Shown in pieces: positions 1-13,300 of a stretch of 64,000 nucleotides of DNA. A program made the position numbers and the translations under genes. The DNA comes from Tubiluchus corallicola (Eukaryota; Animalia; Priapulida): the NCBI GenBank assembly GCA_030141605.1, contig JAQGDQ010000041.1:744001-808000 (forward strand), in the 5' to 3' direction. The notes beneath the pieces are model-generated. The model was not told where the DNA came from and made no database searches. It saw nothing but the letters and a program-made list of their open reading frames with translations. Positions within the stretch are counted from its first letter, which is position 1; the number at the start of each line of letters is the position of its first letter.

Positions 1-495
1 AACACTATAAATAATAAAAAAGCAAAAACCGTAAGCCTTCTTTCACACTTGACGTTAACATTCATTTTTTAAAATACATTTTTATGTAAACTTGCAAAGA
101 GGCTGCAAATGACAGTTCGCACTTAGTATTATCTTTGGCACTGTTAAAAACTACTCGGCATTCAAAGATTTCTTGGCTTGCTTGGTCACGTGCAGAAAAA
201 TGTCCATAATAATTTGTACGTTTTAGTTTTTCTTCCGTTGTTGATAATTTTATAATAATTGCGACAAACTGTGAATTCGCAGGTTTTACAAATATATGCA
301 AAGTATTTTGGAAAATTTGTGCTATTTTTCGTCATTATAAAAACTTTGCAACAACCCTTTTACATCTGAATTAGGCTTTTTGATAATACCGGCACAGTTG
401 GGGTACACCCACTGAGATGCTTTTTACAAACTGTTAAAGGAAGACTAGAGAGTACCCGTTTTTACAGTAACACTACGTGGGACGCTTGCGCTTAC

Positions 496-531
496 TCGAC
501 GCCCAGTGTGCCGCCTTGTTCTGGTCGCCAT
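496..531 (-). CDS. Possible first coding exon of a gene divergent from TDRKH
   Basis: ATG GCG start, MATRTRRHTGRR, then donor gtaagc, within a small CpG-rich patch (450-585); identity unknown. Confidence 0.33.
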
Positions 532-577
532 GCACGGTTCCACCTTGCCGTGAAACATGAAAGGTCGTGGTCTAATG

Positions 578-2326
578 GGTGCGCAGTCAGTTTGGTACTG
601 GTAATTTTGGTACGAGGAAATTTTGGTACACGCAAATTTTGTACAGAGTAAATATGGTACTAATGAAGTTTTGTTACACATTTTTGGTACAAGCAAATAT
701 GGTACAAGGTAAAAGTGGTGCATACAAGTTTGGTACTAGGAAAGTTTAGTACTCGGAAAATATATTTCATATAACCTACTAGAACAAGTTACAGAGGCTC
801 ACATTATTAAATTTCTTTCAATTTGTTTTTATTCGCATCTTTGTTTGTAAGTCTTTCGTTTATTATTTGTCATTGTTGTTATTTGTTTGTTTGTTTCTTG
901 CTCATCCTTTTGTTGTGATTACTACCACCACCACCACCATCGTCATCATTATTGCTGTCATTGTTACATTTGTCATTTTGTTGCTGTTGCATTGTCATGG
1001 TTGTTGTTGCTGCTGTTGTTGTTGTTGTTGTTGCTGTTATTGTTGTTACTGCTGTTAATATTGTTAGCAATGAACATCATAATTATCATCACCGTTAGCA
1101 CGGTTACTGTTGTTGTTGTTGTGCCTATAAATAACGATAGATGATAATAGTAATAGTGATGCCAACGATGACGATAGTGATGATGATGATAATAATGATG
1201 ACAACAGTGATGCTTATGGCAAGGATAACACTGATGATGATGTTGACAGTGACAGTGATTATTACAACTCTAGAAAAAGTGAGAATGGCAGTACAATAGT
1301 TTCTGCTGGCACTACACTATATGGTGCATTTGTGGCACTTTTGATAGTTCCTATGATTTAAATTCAGTTCCCATTTTATGAAAACTTTATGCAGCTTTTA
1401 CGGAGCTTGGCTAGTGGTAATAAATAATATTCACTTTTCAAATTTGGCAAAACTTTCTTTTATTTATAACAAACCATGCCCTATATAAGACTAGACTGTA
1501 TAGTGCAGTGGTCGTTTTTCTGCGGGTGATGGAGTTTCTATCAATTAAATCAATCCTTGTTAATAAAAGTTAATACGCATTCATAGACAATAATAAATAT
1601 TTTATTATTGCTCCGTGCTGTGAATAATCTTTTAAATTTTAAAATAATATATCTGCGATATTGGTACTTTTTCTGAAGGCTTATAAATGTAGGGGTCATG
1701 GTAAGGTTGGTACTACTGAAAGGGGTCACGTACTTGAAAAGTTTGGTATATACAACTGGTATAGTGTAATGGAAAAATATACAAAGAATTCTCAAATGTA
1801 CCTACATGGATGGGATAATCACGGATAGAATTTTAGCTGCCACGCACTATTAATTATTATGTTTTATGAACTTTTTAATAAACCAGACTTCCCTAGTGCC
1901 AGGTTTCCTCTTTACTGAATAAACTTCTTTATTATCTAGTTGAAACAATTATTTTATACTGAGATATAGAAATGCTTTCTTTTTCGTTTAGTAGCAAATT
2001 TTCCAGTACCAAACTTTCCTAGTACCAAATTTTCCTCGTACCCTATTTTCCTAGTACCAAAACTTCCTTGTACCAATATTTCTTAGTACTAACCATTCCT
2101 GGTACCGTATTTTCCTCGTACCAAACATTCTCCTTATCACATTTTCCTAGTACCAAAAATTCCTTGTAGTATAATATGATAGTACCAAATTTACCCGTAC
2201 CAAAATTATTGTGTACCAAAAATTCCTAGTACCTAATTTTCCCAGTACCAAAATTTCTTCGTGCCAAAATTACCTTTACAAAACTTACCTGTACCAAACT
2301 TACTTGTATCAAACTTTCCTACATTC
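578..2326. mobile_element. Foldback/Phantom-like MULE DNA transposon, internally degenerate
   Basis: Inverted terminal arrays of ~17-18-bp subrepeats (TTTGGTAC... at 590-760; ...GTACCAAA at 1996-2322), imperfect 9-bp TSD ggtctaatg/tgtataatg, MULE-like peptide relics inside. Confidence 0.68.
865..1262. repeat. Compound trinucleotide microsatellite (GTT/GCT, CAC, GAT/AAT)
   Basis: Visible degenerate triplet runs; source of the poly-C, poly-L and poly-T ORFs in the track. Confidence 0.9.
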
Positions 2327-2334
2327 TGTATAAT

Positions 2335-2880
2335 GAAGTAGTTTCATGAAAAAGTGTGAATGGAAAAAAAATAAAGAGTAAGAGTGAAAGTTTTACAAAG
2401 AATGAATGTGCAGAAAAATGCAGGGGCAGCAATAAATTTAGATTTTTAAAACATAACCGAGTGGAAACTACAAAATTACATAAATACATGCAAGCCAGAA
2501 CAGATTGAAGATATATTGAAAATGAGGCTGAATATGATAAAAGTTAAAGCAAACTACGAGAATCAGTTTAAGGACCAGTTATCATGCCCAGTGTGTGCGG
2601 AAGATGATGATACTACTGAACATTTGCTTAAATGCTGCAGATATAGAAAATAGAAAAAATGATGAACTAGGATGTATTAATTAACAGTGCAAAAGAAGGA
2701 TTGCTAGAAGTCAGAAATCTAGTGAACTAATACATGGAATATAGGATAAAGATAAATAAAGACATTAAAGTGGGAAAAGACAACCAAAAGATCAGCATTC
2801 TTAGCAAAATAGACTTTGCACCTTATAAAGGTGCCTGCCTCTGATAGGCGGTGAGAGTCGAGCATCTCAATCACAATCGT
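2335..2880 (+). mobile_element. 3' end of a non-LTR retrotransposon (ORF2 C-terminal zinc knuckle and 3'UTR)
   Basis: 2501-2652 reads QIEDILKMRLNMIKVKANYENQFKDQLSCPVCAEDDDTTEHLLKC (CxxC...H...C). Confidence 0.75.
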
Positions 2881-4272
2881 GTGATGCTTCACGGAACATC
2901 ACACTACAGTACGTCACGATGCAGTACGTATAACCTTTGCACTAAACTGATGCGCGATAAGTGGCACCTCGAGGAAGCACGAACATCTCACATAGTGTTT
3001 TTGTTTGTTTTTATGACTGTCTAATATGTTACAATTTGTGATGTTAAGTTCACGTAACGTTTCTGGAAAACAAATTTGCGAAACCACTAAGCTGTCTGCT
3101 TTTCATTTCCTTTTGATTTGAAATATTGTTTTTATAATTATTTGCAATTTTGAAGCACTAGCACCAGAAACAACCACAATCTAGGTTTGTTTATCAGCAT
3201 ATTTATTTACAGTTTTGCTGGTAGACTTGTACAATCACTATTAGATCATTATTATCCTTTACTAATCTATTTAGTGTGTAGCTTCATCTTGATAGGCTCT
3301 TTTGTGTAAACAGTTAACTAAATGGTCCTACAGCATACCTGACTTGACAGCAAATGGCAGAACCCACAGGTGCAGTGAAAATTGCTCGTGGTTCAATTGC
3401 TCTAACCCAATATTTCTCACATTGCTAGAAAAAGCATCGCTTTTATTCCATGTATTTTGTTGTCATGGTGATTTTCAGTTTATGGTGAACCAGGCCGTTA
3501 TGTCAGTCTGCATAACATTTTTTTCGGAAAAGTTGCAGCTTTGCCCACATAGTTCAAACTGACCTGACATCAATAAATGATTTAACTGAACATAATTTAT
3601 ATGACTACTATTTCATTTTCTAATTTATATAAGAAACTAGGCTGTCATATTAATATTACCTTGAAAGATTAGAATTCTTCAAAATTAGTTTTTCAGTGTT
3701 ACATGCCACAAGCAATTTTGCTTAGACGGGTGTATTGTGACCACCTACAATTTCCTGTCAAGTAGGGCTGTACAGTAGGCTGCATTAAAAACTCTTATCC
3801 TTAACCTAACTCAAATTAATACATACGTTAACACAAAAATTATCCTAGTGGATTACTTGTTATGATTAAATAGTGGCTAATTTACATTATTCTGCCAATT
3901 TGGAGGAATGAAAATTATCACTTATCTGTATGTCTGGAAATTGCCTGGTCAAGTGAACAAATTTACATTGATAACTTTGTGTTGTCATGTGCTATATTAC
4001 ATTGTGGATACTATATTTTATTTTATTTTTTTGATAAATTGTTTGGGTTAACTTGTTTTTTCTTGTTTAACGTACCTACTTGGATAATATGTTGCAATAT
4101 ATCGTCTGTTTTCTTATATCTGGCACTGATATTATTTGGGTTTGTTATTATCATCCTGATTTCTAATATTGTGTTTTTACATATATACTTTTTACAATTT
4201 TCCTTTCTAGGGTAATAATGCAAACAAAATTCTGGGTTTGTCTTTGATGACATTTTAATTGTTTCCATTGAA

Positions 4273-4366
4273 ATGCATTTGTCTACATGGCAAAAGATTG
4301 TGCTGGGTGCAGGACTTCCAGTAACTGGGATTTTGTTATATCTCCTTTTTCGTAAACAAAGTGAAG
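4273..4366 (+). CDS. TDRKH: TDRKH coding exon 1 (mitochondrial outer-membrane anchor)
   Basis: MHLSTWQKIVLGAGLPVTGILLYLLFRKQSE; acceptor tttctag at 4210 upstream of the ATG, donor G|gtaatg. Confidence 0.88.
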
Positions 4367-7300
4367 GTAATGAAGTGTAATCCTTAGGCTTTGTTTTCGT
4401 TTGTTATATTTCATTTGTTTATGATCATAATATATTGGTTACGTAGCAGTTAGTACAACATGTTTTGTGTTTTCACTTGTGTCTGTGCGATAACAGCAAG
4501 TGCTTTATGTGTTCACCATTTTCACTGCAAACTAGACAAAGGCATTTTCTCCAGGATAGTGCTGGACCCCTTTGGATGCAATTGCTTGATAAATGTGCTA
4601 AATGTGATATTACATTAGGTATCTCCTGTTATATTTTAACTTTTTTACAAAGATGCAGATGAACTAGAAGATAAAGTTGTGACCTCAAAACAAACAGTCC
4701 TGGAAATTAAAGTACCACATGCTGCAGTGGGTGCTATTATTGGACGTGATGGAGCCAATATTAAACAGGTATTTTTGATATATCAGTACTTGTTTTAACT
4801 GTGGTAGGGTAATTGGAGTGCACTTGAAAAAATCCAATCGTATCCCGAAGTGTCACTGTCGGAAGACACCTTAGTTTTACTTCAAAGAAAGGATTATAGC
4901 TTTTGTTTTTGTTTGCAAATAAACTAAACAGCAAAATTTCATTGTCTTCTTTTAACTTTTAAAATCATATTTACATTTTTGTTCCTAATTTTATTTCGTA
5001 GTAGGTATAAGAGTCAGGCAGATGTTCAATGTGTAGTCTGATTAACTGTATGTGACAGATAGTTGTTCATATTTTTATCAGGTAGTGTAAAAATGTGGAA
5101 GTTTTGATTTCGGTATTATAAGAAGAAAATAACGGAGTCGCTTGAAATTTACCACACTCATGTTACAAACGATTGTGCATAAATACCAAAAAATTTATGT
5201 CATCAATTCCTGTAGAGCTCTCCAAAGATACAGAGGTTTTAAAACAACAAATCAAAACAATAAATGTGCAAAAATTTTGTCTGTATCGTTAAAATTACAG
5301 CAAGTGCTCTATGTATTCACCATTTTCACTGTAAACTAGACAAAGGCATTTCCTCCACCAATTGATGGTTATTCATTTCTTTAAGGGGTATATGGTCCCA
5401 GACTCAACAATTTTTGTCTTTACTTTTTCTGCTTCAAATAGATCTATGCGGCTGTCATGCACTTTCTACAGATACCATAATCCAGAGGATTAAATCACTT
5501 TTTTCTTTATACCAAATGTTTAACAGTGCTTTATTTTCTATGGTAAATATCATGATGTAAACTTTATTGTCTTGCTGCTATGCACTTAGTGCTTTATGCA
5601 TCAACATTTATGTTTTTCAAATGATAATCAGCTGACATTGTTCCGACATTTAATTTTTTTACATATAAGAGCCTTTCGACCTTAACTTAAGGTTACTAAA
5701 GCTATAAATTTGTAACTTTTGCAGCAAAAAGGAAATGCATTGTAATATCATTCTTTCATATTTTAGCTTTGCAGGGCAGTTGCTTCTATTATTGTATTTT
5801 GGCGTATTTTTTCTGCACCATGCGATATATGCTTACAAGTGGCATTTATATTGCTCTGAAACAAATTATGAAGTGGTTATTTTAAGATCCAAGAGAAGAC
5901 AAAAGCACGTGTCAAATTCAAGGATCCTGTAAAGAAAGATAGTGAAGAAGAGGCCAGAACTATAACAATTCGAGGCACGGCAGAAGCAGCTCACAAAGCT
6001 GAACAGATGATTCAAAAGAGACTAGTGGAGATTTCCAAGGTTTTCACAGAAGAAATGTTTGTGCCACAAAAAGTTCTTGGTCGTTTGATTGGTTTGTACA
6101 TTTTTACTAAATTAGATTGAAATTTTACAGAATTTATAAATTTGATAAACTTATAAAAGAAATATTTACGTGTTTTTGTAAAAGTATTGAATTGTGCTGT
6201 ATAAATTTGGTTAATCTAGGTATGTATTTACATTATGTTATCTGTAGAATGTACAAATAAGGTAAAGTTGTCGACTTCTCCTTACATCTATAGAAAATGT
6301 GCAGGTGATGCTAATTAAGATTTTGCTATATCATTCTTCATCCTCATGCAATTATTATTTGTTATTATTTATTCTCAAACATTTTGGTTAATAACTCGTT
6401 ATGCGTACAAGCTAAGGTTACGAAATTAACAAAACTGCCCTCGTGGGGAACGACAGTAGTGTTTTGACCTCTAACCTCTGGTGAATGACAGTTGGCAACG
6501 GTCAGTTTTTCGATTATGATTTAACTCCTAGGCAAAGTAAACTATGTTTATATGTGACATGAGAATGTTGGGTCAAAGGCTGTAAAGTGGGCTGGTCTTC
6601 AATTGTTTTTCTTTAGGTTGCATTTGCTTCTATAGCTTTTGGCTAGGGCAACAATTTTTAGCAAGTGAATAGGACCTTCGACCCCAGTATGGGCAAAATA
6701 GAAGTCGAGGAGACAAATGTCTTTCAGTGCTGAACCAAACTAGCTTGTAGCATATCAAGTGAAAGGCCTTGATGGATAAATTGAATGGTATAATTTGCCC
6801 TATTTGTTGACAGTTGATAGATGGGTCAAAGGTCAAAAATTTCTGTAGACCAAAAGGTTGATCTATTTCATTTATAGAATACCCTCAATAGGGAATTCAA
6901 TGAAATAAAAATTATGGCTTTAAGCATAAGTTGATGTCATTTCAAGCTATTGTTTGCGAAATATTCTGTTTCTGAGAGCAGGACAGAAACATTGTCAACT
7001 AGTTGTAATTTGAAAGTAAAGCAAACGTAAGTTGTATGTTATGTTTATATTATTGCAATATTTTCTTTCCAGTTTGTCTTGTGGATAAAACAAGAGTGTA
7101 TCAAAGTTGATTCGAAGCCTTTATAGAGATTTTTAATATCTTAATCAGATCACCACTGGTTAGCAATGTCACTGTTTATGATATGATATTCTCTCTAATT
7201 TATGATATTCTCTCTAGTAAGAATTATTACAAGGTTATGTTATGTTACATTTTTGTAAAACCATGAAGTATTTTTCACAGGAAAGAATGGTGATAATATC

Positions 7301-10300
7301 AGGCATATGTGTCGTGTGTCAAGCGCTCGCATTGAAGTGGAACGCAGCGGTGACCATCGCGACCCTGATCCTGAAGCCAAAAAACTTGTGATGATTAAGG
7401 GCACTGCTGACCAAATTGAATATGCCAAGGTAAATTTACTATTTGATCCAAGTTTTATGTAAAACGAATTCAGAGTGAGGTTTTTTCATTAAGATTCTGC
7501 AATGCTTGTTTACAAACCTTTTATTATTATTATTCTCCATTACGACACTGATTAACTTCATGACCATAATTCCTAGTCCTAGAGTCATCAAACTTGCAAG
7601 GCAGATACCTGGGGCAGGGGTGCAGACAATAATTTAGCGACCTCAATTCAAAGAGTCAATAATTGTGGAGATTGGGCAGTTTTTCGATTGTTGCTCAACT
7701 CCTCCTATGGCTTTGAGTTAAATTCAAATTTTTTTGCAACTATTTAGGCTTAGGGAGTATATGTGCAACTGGGGTTTTATAAAGCTGGTATTCTTTAAAG
7801 GCTCGAGAGGAACCAAAGTGTGAAAATTAGATCAAACATTTTTGTCATTCAACTTCTCTTACTGTACTGGACTGGCCGTCACTGTTTATTTATACATGCA
7901 TAGGTAGTCAGGTAGGTGTAGATGGGCATTAAGTATTTTTAAAAAGTGGGTGTGGCCAGCTCACGTGTTACGTAAAAGTGTTAAAATGCACAGTCCTGTT
8001 ATGGACTGTATAAGGTGTAAGAGATAGAGGCTTGAAACTTGCAGGGTAGAACCTGAGCTAAATGCTCAGAGAAACATAAATGAGCTGGAGTCAAGGAAAC
8101 GTGCAGAACAGATACCTGGATATGTGCTCAGTTAACATAATAGTAAACGGTGAACTGGGGGTCACGGACAGTAGACCCTTATCACTTTTTCATTAAACTG
8201 TGCCTCCTTCTGCAGTTTTTGAGCTAGGGCCACAATTTTTGGAATGTGTCTAGGTGGTGTCAAGTTCTTACACAAAATGGGTCGGTCAGTCTCAGACATT
8301 TTTTAACTGTTAAGAAACAGTAGCTTGTAGCATATTAAGTGAAAGGAAGTTCAGTGAGACAAACTGACTGGTGTAGGTTGACTCAATATTGGTTGATCTC
8401 TAGCAGGTAAAAAAATTCCTGAGGTGTCAAAAAGTGACAAGTTCCAATATCATTGAAGTGAAATATAATTCTGATGTAATCAAGCATGACAAATTCACTA
8501 TAAACAATATTTAGACCTTCCGACCCCAGACTTATAGGGTTGTGTGTCAAAAAGTGACGAGTTCCAATTTTATCAAAACGAAGTGCAATTCCTTGATTAT
8601 AAAGGGTGGAGATTTCCATTTGCCAGTCATTTTGCAGAATTCTATGTTTTTGACTTTGGAATAAACAGCAGTCTATTTTAATATCCAATTTTGCTATAAG
8701 TTTAAGAGTGAAAAATCGGGAATAACAAGTCATTGCCACTTCAGGATGTGCTGAATTAAAAAAATGTATGGGTTATAATTTTGACAATATAATTTTCACA
8801 GCTGAGTAATTGCATGTAATTTGTTATTCAGCAGAACATTTTCTGCATACATTTCTGCCATTATACTTTATAAATATAGCAATGTGATAGACAAACCAAT
8901 TCCAGTGCATTTTTCATATCAGCAGCATGATATCTGTTAAAAGCTGTGCAGCCTCACTGTTTTACTTACCCTTTCTTGAGTCACTTTTTGGAAGCAATTT
9001 TAAACCTAGGGATTAATACAAGAAGTCTTAGTTGCCGAAGACGACTATCGCAAACGAATTCAGGTTTCTATACAAAGTAGAAAATCAAGACAGACATCAA
9101 GAATGCAGAAAGATTCCAAGGTAAGCACGTTTTTGTTTCTGTATTCTTACTAGCTGCTGAACAAACTTGGCACAAAGAAACTCATATTGTGTTTGTTTTG
9201 TAATGTTCTGCGTTGCAGTTTTTAAGGCTACTGTTGTAACTTTTTTGTAAACCTAATATTGTCCATATGTTGGAGATTCTGGCCTATTGTTACTTTAATG
9301 AGATTGATTTGTGACATCATACGTGTCTCAAAAATTAGCAAAACATTGTTAAATATTAATGCACTTATGCAGCCTCTTTTGCAGTTTTAGGCAAGTGAAA
9401 TGTTTTAAGTTTTACTAATTATGACTATTTATTACTAATTTTTCAACAGTTGTGTAATTTGTTTTAACATTTATTACTTGTTACACTTGATGTAGCCATC
9501 AAGACTTGTTGCAGAAAAAATGGGACCTCCCGGTTTTGCACAGGATTCATCGCATTTGCCTGAAAAATCACTTCATAGTGGAACTAACCAAAGAGATGGT
9601 ATAGTACATGATTTTCTGCAAAAAAAAAGAATTTCACAAGCAGCATTGGCAGCTCTTTATTAAAAAAACATTGTTAAAAAACTGCATAACTTTACTTTGT
9701 GCGAAGAATAACTTAATAACAAAACTACTGTGGTTTTGGTTTTTGTATATACATTACAGGTGTAGAATCAGTCGACCAGGCCACATCACAGAAAACTCAG
9801 CAAATGAATTATGACGTTGAGCGTTTGGTACCTGATCCAGACGATTATCTTGAAGTGTACATCTCAGCTGTAGCAACACCAAACCACTTCTGGGTACAGC
9901 AAGTTGGAAATAACAGTCTTGCATTAGACAACCTTATAAGTGATATGACTGAGTACTACTCTTACAGTGACTTTGATGTAAGTTCACTTACGATATACAG
10001 GTATCTTATACCATATAATAATTTTTTCTTTTTGCAGAGTAATTTAATGTGTTTTTGTATTATTTACATGTTCGTCAGCCATCAGTTCAATTGCTTATTT
10101 TACTAATTTTACATTTCATCCATAAAAAGTTATTTACTAAATTAAACTATCTTTTATCAGATTCTACACACACTACAAAATTCATCAAATATGCATAAGT
10201 ATTTGTTCGAATTACTATGAAGCACATAGTTTTAGTACAGTTTTAGCATAGTGAGACTATGGATACATTTGACAAATTTTGTTATAGAGATGTTAATGCT

Positions 10301-13300
10301 AACAATACTTATCGACAATTATCGATTATCATATCTGTACAAAAAATTTGTTCTAATCGTTATCATATTGACATTATTCTGCGAGTATCTCTATGGTATG
10401 AAATTTGTATGTATCGTTGCTTGTTGTCTTTTATGTAATCTTTTTACATAAATATGTTTATCTTTTTACGCAATCTTTTTACGTATTATGTTTTACGTAT
10501 CTTTCCATTTATGCCTGACAGTTACGCAAAAAAGTAGAAAAAGAGTTATTTATAAGGTTGTTCGAATAATTTACTTGTTCTTTCTTCCTGCACTAGTGAC
10601 TGTTTTCAGTCGGTTTTGTGACTTTTGAATGCCAAGGGACATATTTTTTGAGGCATTTTCCCAGTTGTGTACAGGCAGAGCAGCTCACATAAAGAAATAC
10701 CATTGTAGTAATAGATCTATACATCATATATTTATCTGCCACGGCTCACATATTAACATTATTTTATGAGCAAACAGAGAAGAGAACATTTTCAGAATTT
10801 ACATGTTTCTGTTCATTAATCAAGAAATGACCTGCAAAAATTCTGCATTGCAATATACTGAGACACCGAGGACACTAACTAATTACTTCTTCATTTCAGT
10901 TTTATTGTATCGTATCATATTCTTTGAAAAACAGATGATTGATATTGCATGGATGCGAGAAAGTATCGCATTGTTGTCATATCACTAAGTTTGTAACGTA
11001 TAACATTCCTATTTTGTAATGCGATTAATGATTTCTAAATAATGCAGAGATTCAGCGTCTTATTATTCAGTACGTGCATGATAAAATACTGAAAACAAAT
11101 AACTCTGTATTGTATTAGGTATCTTACTATTATCATTGCTATTTCAAAAATTATACTAACATGATAATTATTTTTATTATGAACCAGGTGCAAACTCTTA
11201 TTTGTCTGCCCACCCTTAATTCGGTGCACTCTGCATCTTTTGTGCACATTGGAGAAAGCGCTAGCAGCTTGTAATCGCAACAAGTGCATTATACGACACA
11301 TGAATTTACAAATTTGCATATTTGTAAGAAAATTTAATTAGTATAAAATCCATTGGAATGATATTTTTTAATATTTTTATAGAAATACAGCTTTTGCATT
11401 TGTGAATTTGTGCGTTAGTGCACTAACAACTTGCTGATTCACACAATTTGTTTCCATACTGGCATCGATTTTGCTGTCTTTTTAAAGTGCAACTGAGTGA
11501 GTCTGCACCGCTTTGTTTCACCACCGACACTTTATAGTATAGAGCATTCTGGAACTTTGTACCTTTTTGGAATTGTGATCAGTGTCATTTGCCGTGTAAA
11601 CAGCCTCCCGTAAAACTCCCATTAAGACTTACGATAATTTCTAAAGTCTAAAGTAACTACCAATCTCACTATTAAAAATGGTATCATCTATGTAACTCTA
11701 GCAGAACTGTAAGTGAAAGTCTATTACATTCATTTGTTCTACTAAATTTTCTTTTGTGCTTTATGTAAAATTTGTAATGGCACAAATTATTGGGTTATGC
11801 AGAAAAATGTGCCAAAGTTTGGACTATGATAACATTAGAAGCCAATTTCTTGCAAAGTTGAAATTTCACAGTGTGGTATTATAGTACAGGAGCTTTTTAC
11901 CGTGAAAGTTACAAGTTTATAGCTTTAGTGATTTTTAAATTATAGCTGGAAAATTTTTGCATGTTAAAAAGTCAATGCCGGCGCAATGTCAGCTAATCAT
12001 CAATTGAAAAACAGCCACATTGATGTATAAAACACCCAACAAATGGCAGCAAAATAATAAAGAAATTTATACATATTGATTCAATTATTTACATATACAC
12101 ACCTGAATTTATACATCAAGATGAATGGACACCAGAATCACCATATTTTAATCCTCTGGACTACGAAACTGGATGGTGCATTTTTGGGCCACCTGTTGTA
12201 TCGATTGCTTTCTTGATTGGATGTCTTCGTTACATAGACTGCCTATTTCAAGCTTACAACGTTCATTTTTGCAGCGGGACTATTTAGCAAATCCACACTG
12301 TGGTCAGCTAGTTGCATCCATGTTCACATATGATAACATGTGGTATCGTGGTGTAGTGGAAGAACTAACTGGGGATATGGTATCTGTATATTACATTGAC
12401 TTTGGTGATTGTCACAAAGTGGCCAAAGTTCATCTACGATCACTTAGGTATTATTGTGGAATAATTATACTAAAAACATCTGGTACAATAATGATTAAAG
12501 TTATAAACATGTTATATCTAGTGGTGAACAGGTAAAGTAAAGTCACGTGTCCACCAAATTTAGACACATACTCGCACGCATGTACATTCTAGTGCCTGTT
12601 TGAAAACTTCTGGCCCTGGCACAAGGTATCAAAATCAATAAATATGCTCTTTTTTGTGTCCACTGCTTCTGCATAAACTTGTACATATTTGTAGTTATGC
12701 ATCAGTAAAACACTTTCCATTGCGGCTTCCCTTGCAAAATGTCGTGTATTTCACCATGTGGCCATTATTTTTGCCGCTGATTGGTTTTTGCCGCAATTAT
12801 TGATGAAAGTCAATGCCATTCAGTGGACACAATTTTCCATACAGAAAAATATATTCCTAAAAGTCTGTGATGTACGAATGAGTTGGGATGTATCCAAATT
12901 TGGTGGACACGTAGGTAGCCTAATCTAGTTATTGTGAAAGATTTAATACACAAGTTTAAGGAAACTTTCCTTCCAGTTATAAAGCTACGTTTTTGACACT
13001 ATTTCTTTTTGACAACTGTAACATTAATTTCTCTTGACACAAACCAGGCCTGACACACAACAAGCCAAAGCAGATGCACCTAAATCAAATCTTTCATTCT
13101 CTTTATTTTGTCTTTTAGTGGGAAATTAGTCATGATAGTAGCTGATCGTTGCATTTAGATGTAAAATATTACATTGTGTAATTATCAACAATTGTAATTG
13201 TCTTGATGTCTTCAGTTTTTTTGTACACTTGTATGATTAACAGCTGTCTCTTCATTCTTGCTGAATTACACTATAATACAAATATTATTATATCTTTGGT

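Noticed and set aside
445-723. 92-aa ORF with LVPYLL/CTK repeats
   Set aside because: Mostly a read-through of the TIR subrepeats; only the MATRTRRHTGRR part may be real
867-1144. Poly-Cys, poly-Leu and poly-Thr ORFs
   Set aside because: They are translations of the trinucleotide microsatellite
1996-2322. CRISPR-like regular repeats
   Set aside because: Contiguous ~17-18-bp units with no unique spacers, eukaryotic context, and an inverted partner array
5381-5685. TTAA-flanked Kolobok-like element
   Set aside because: The terminal inverted match is only 2-3 nt
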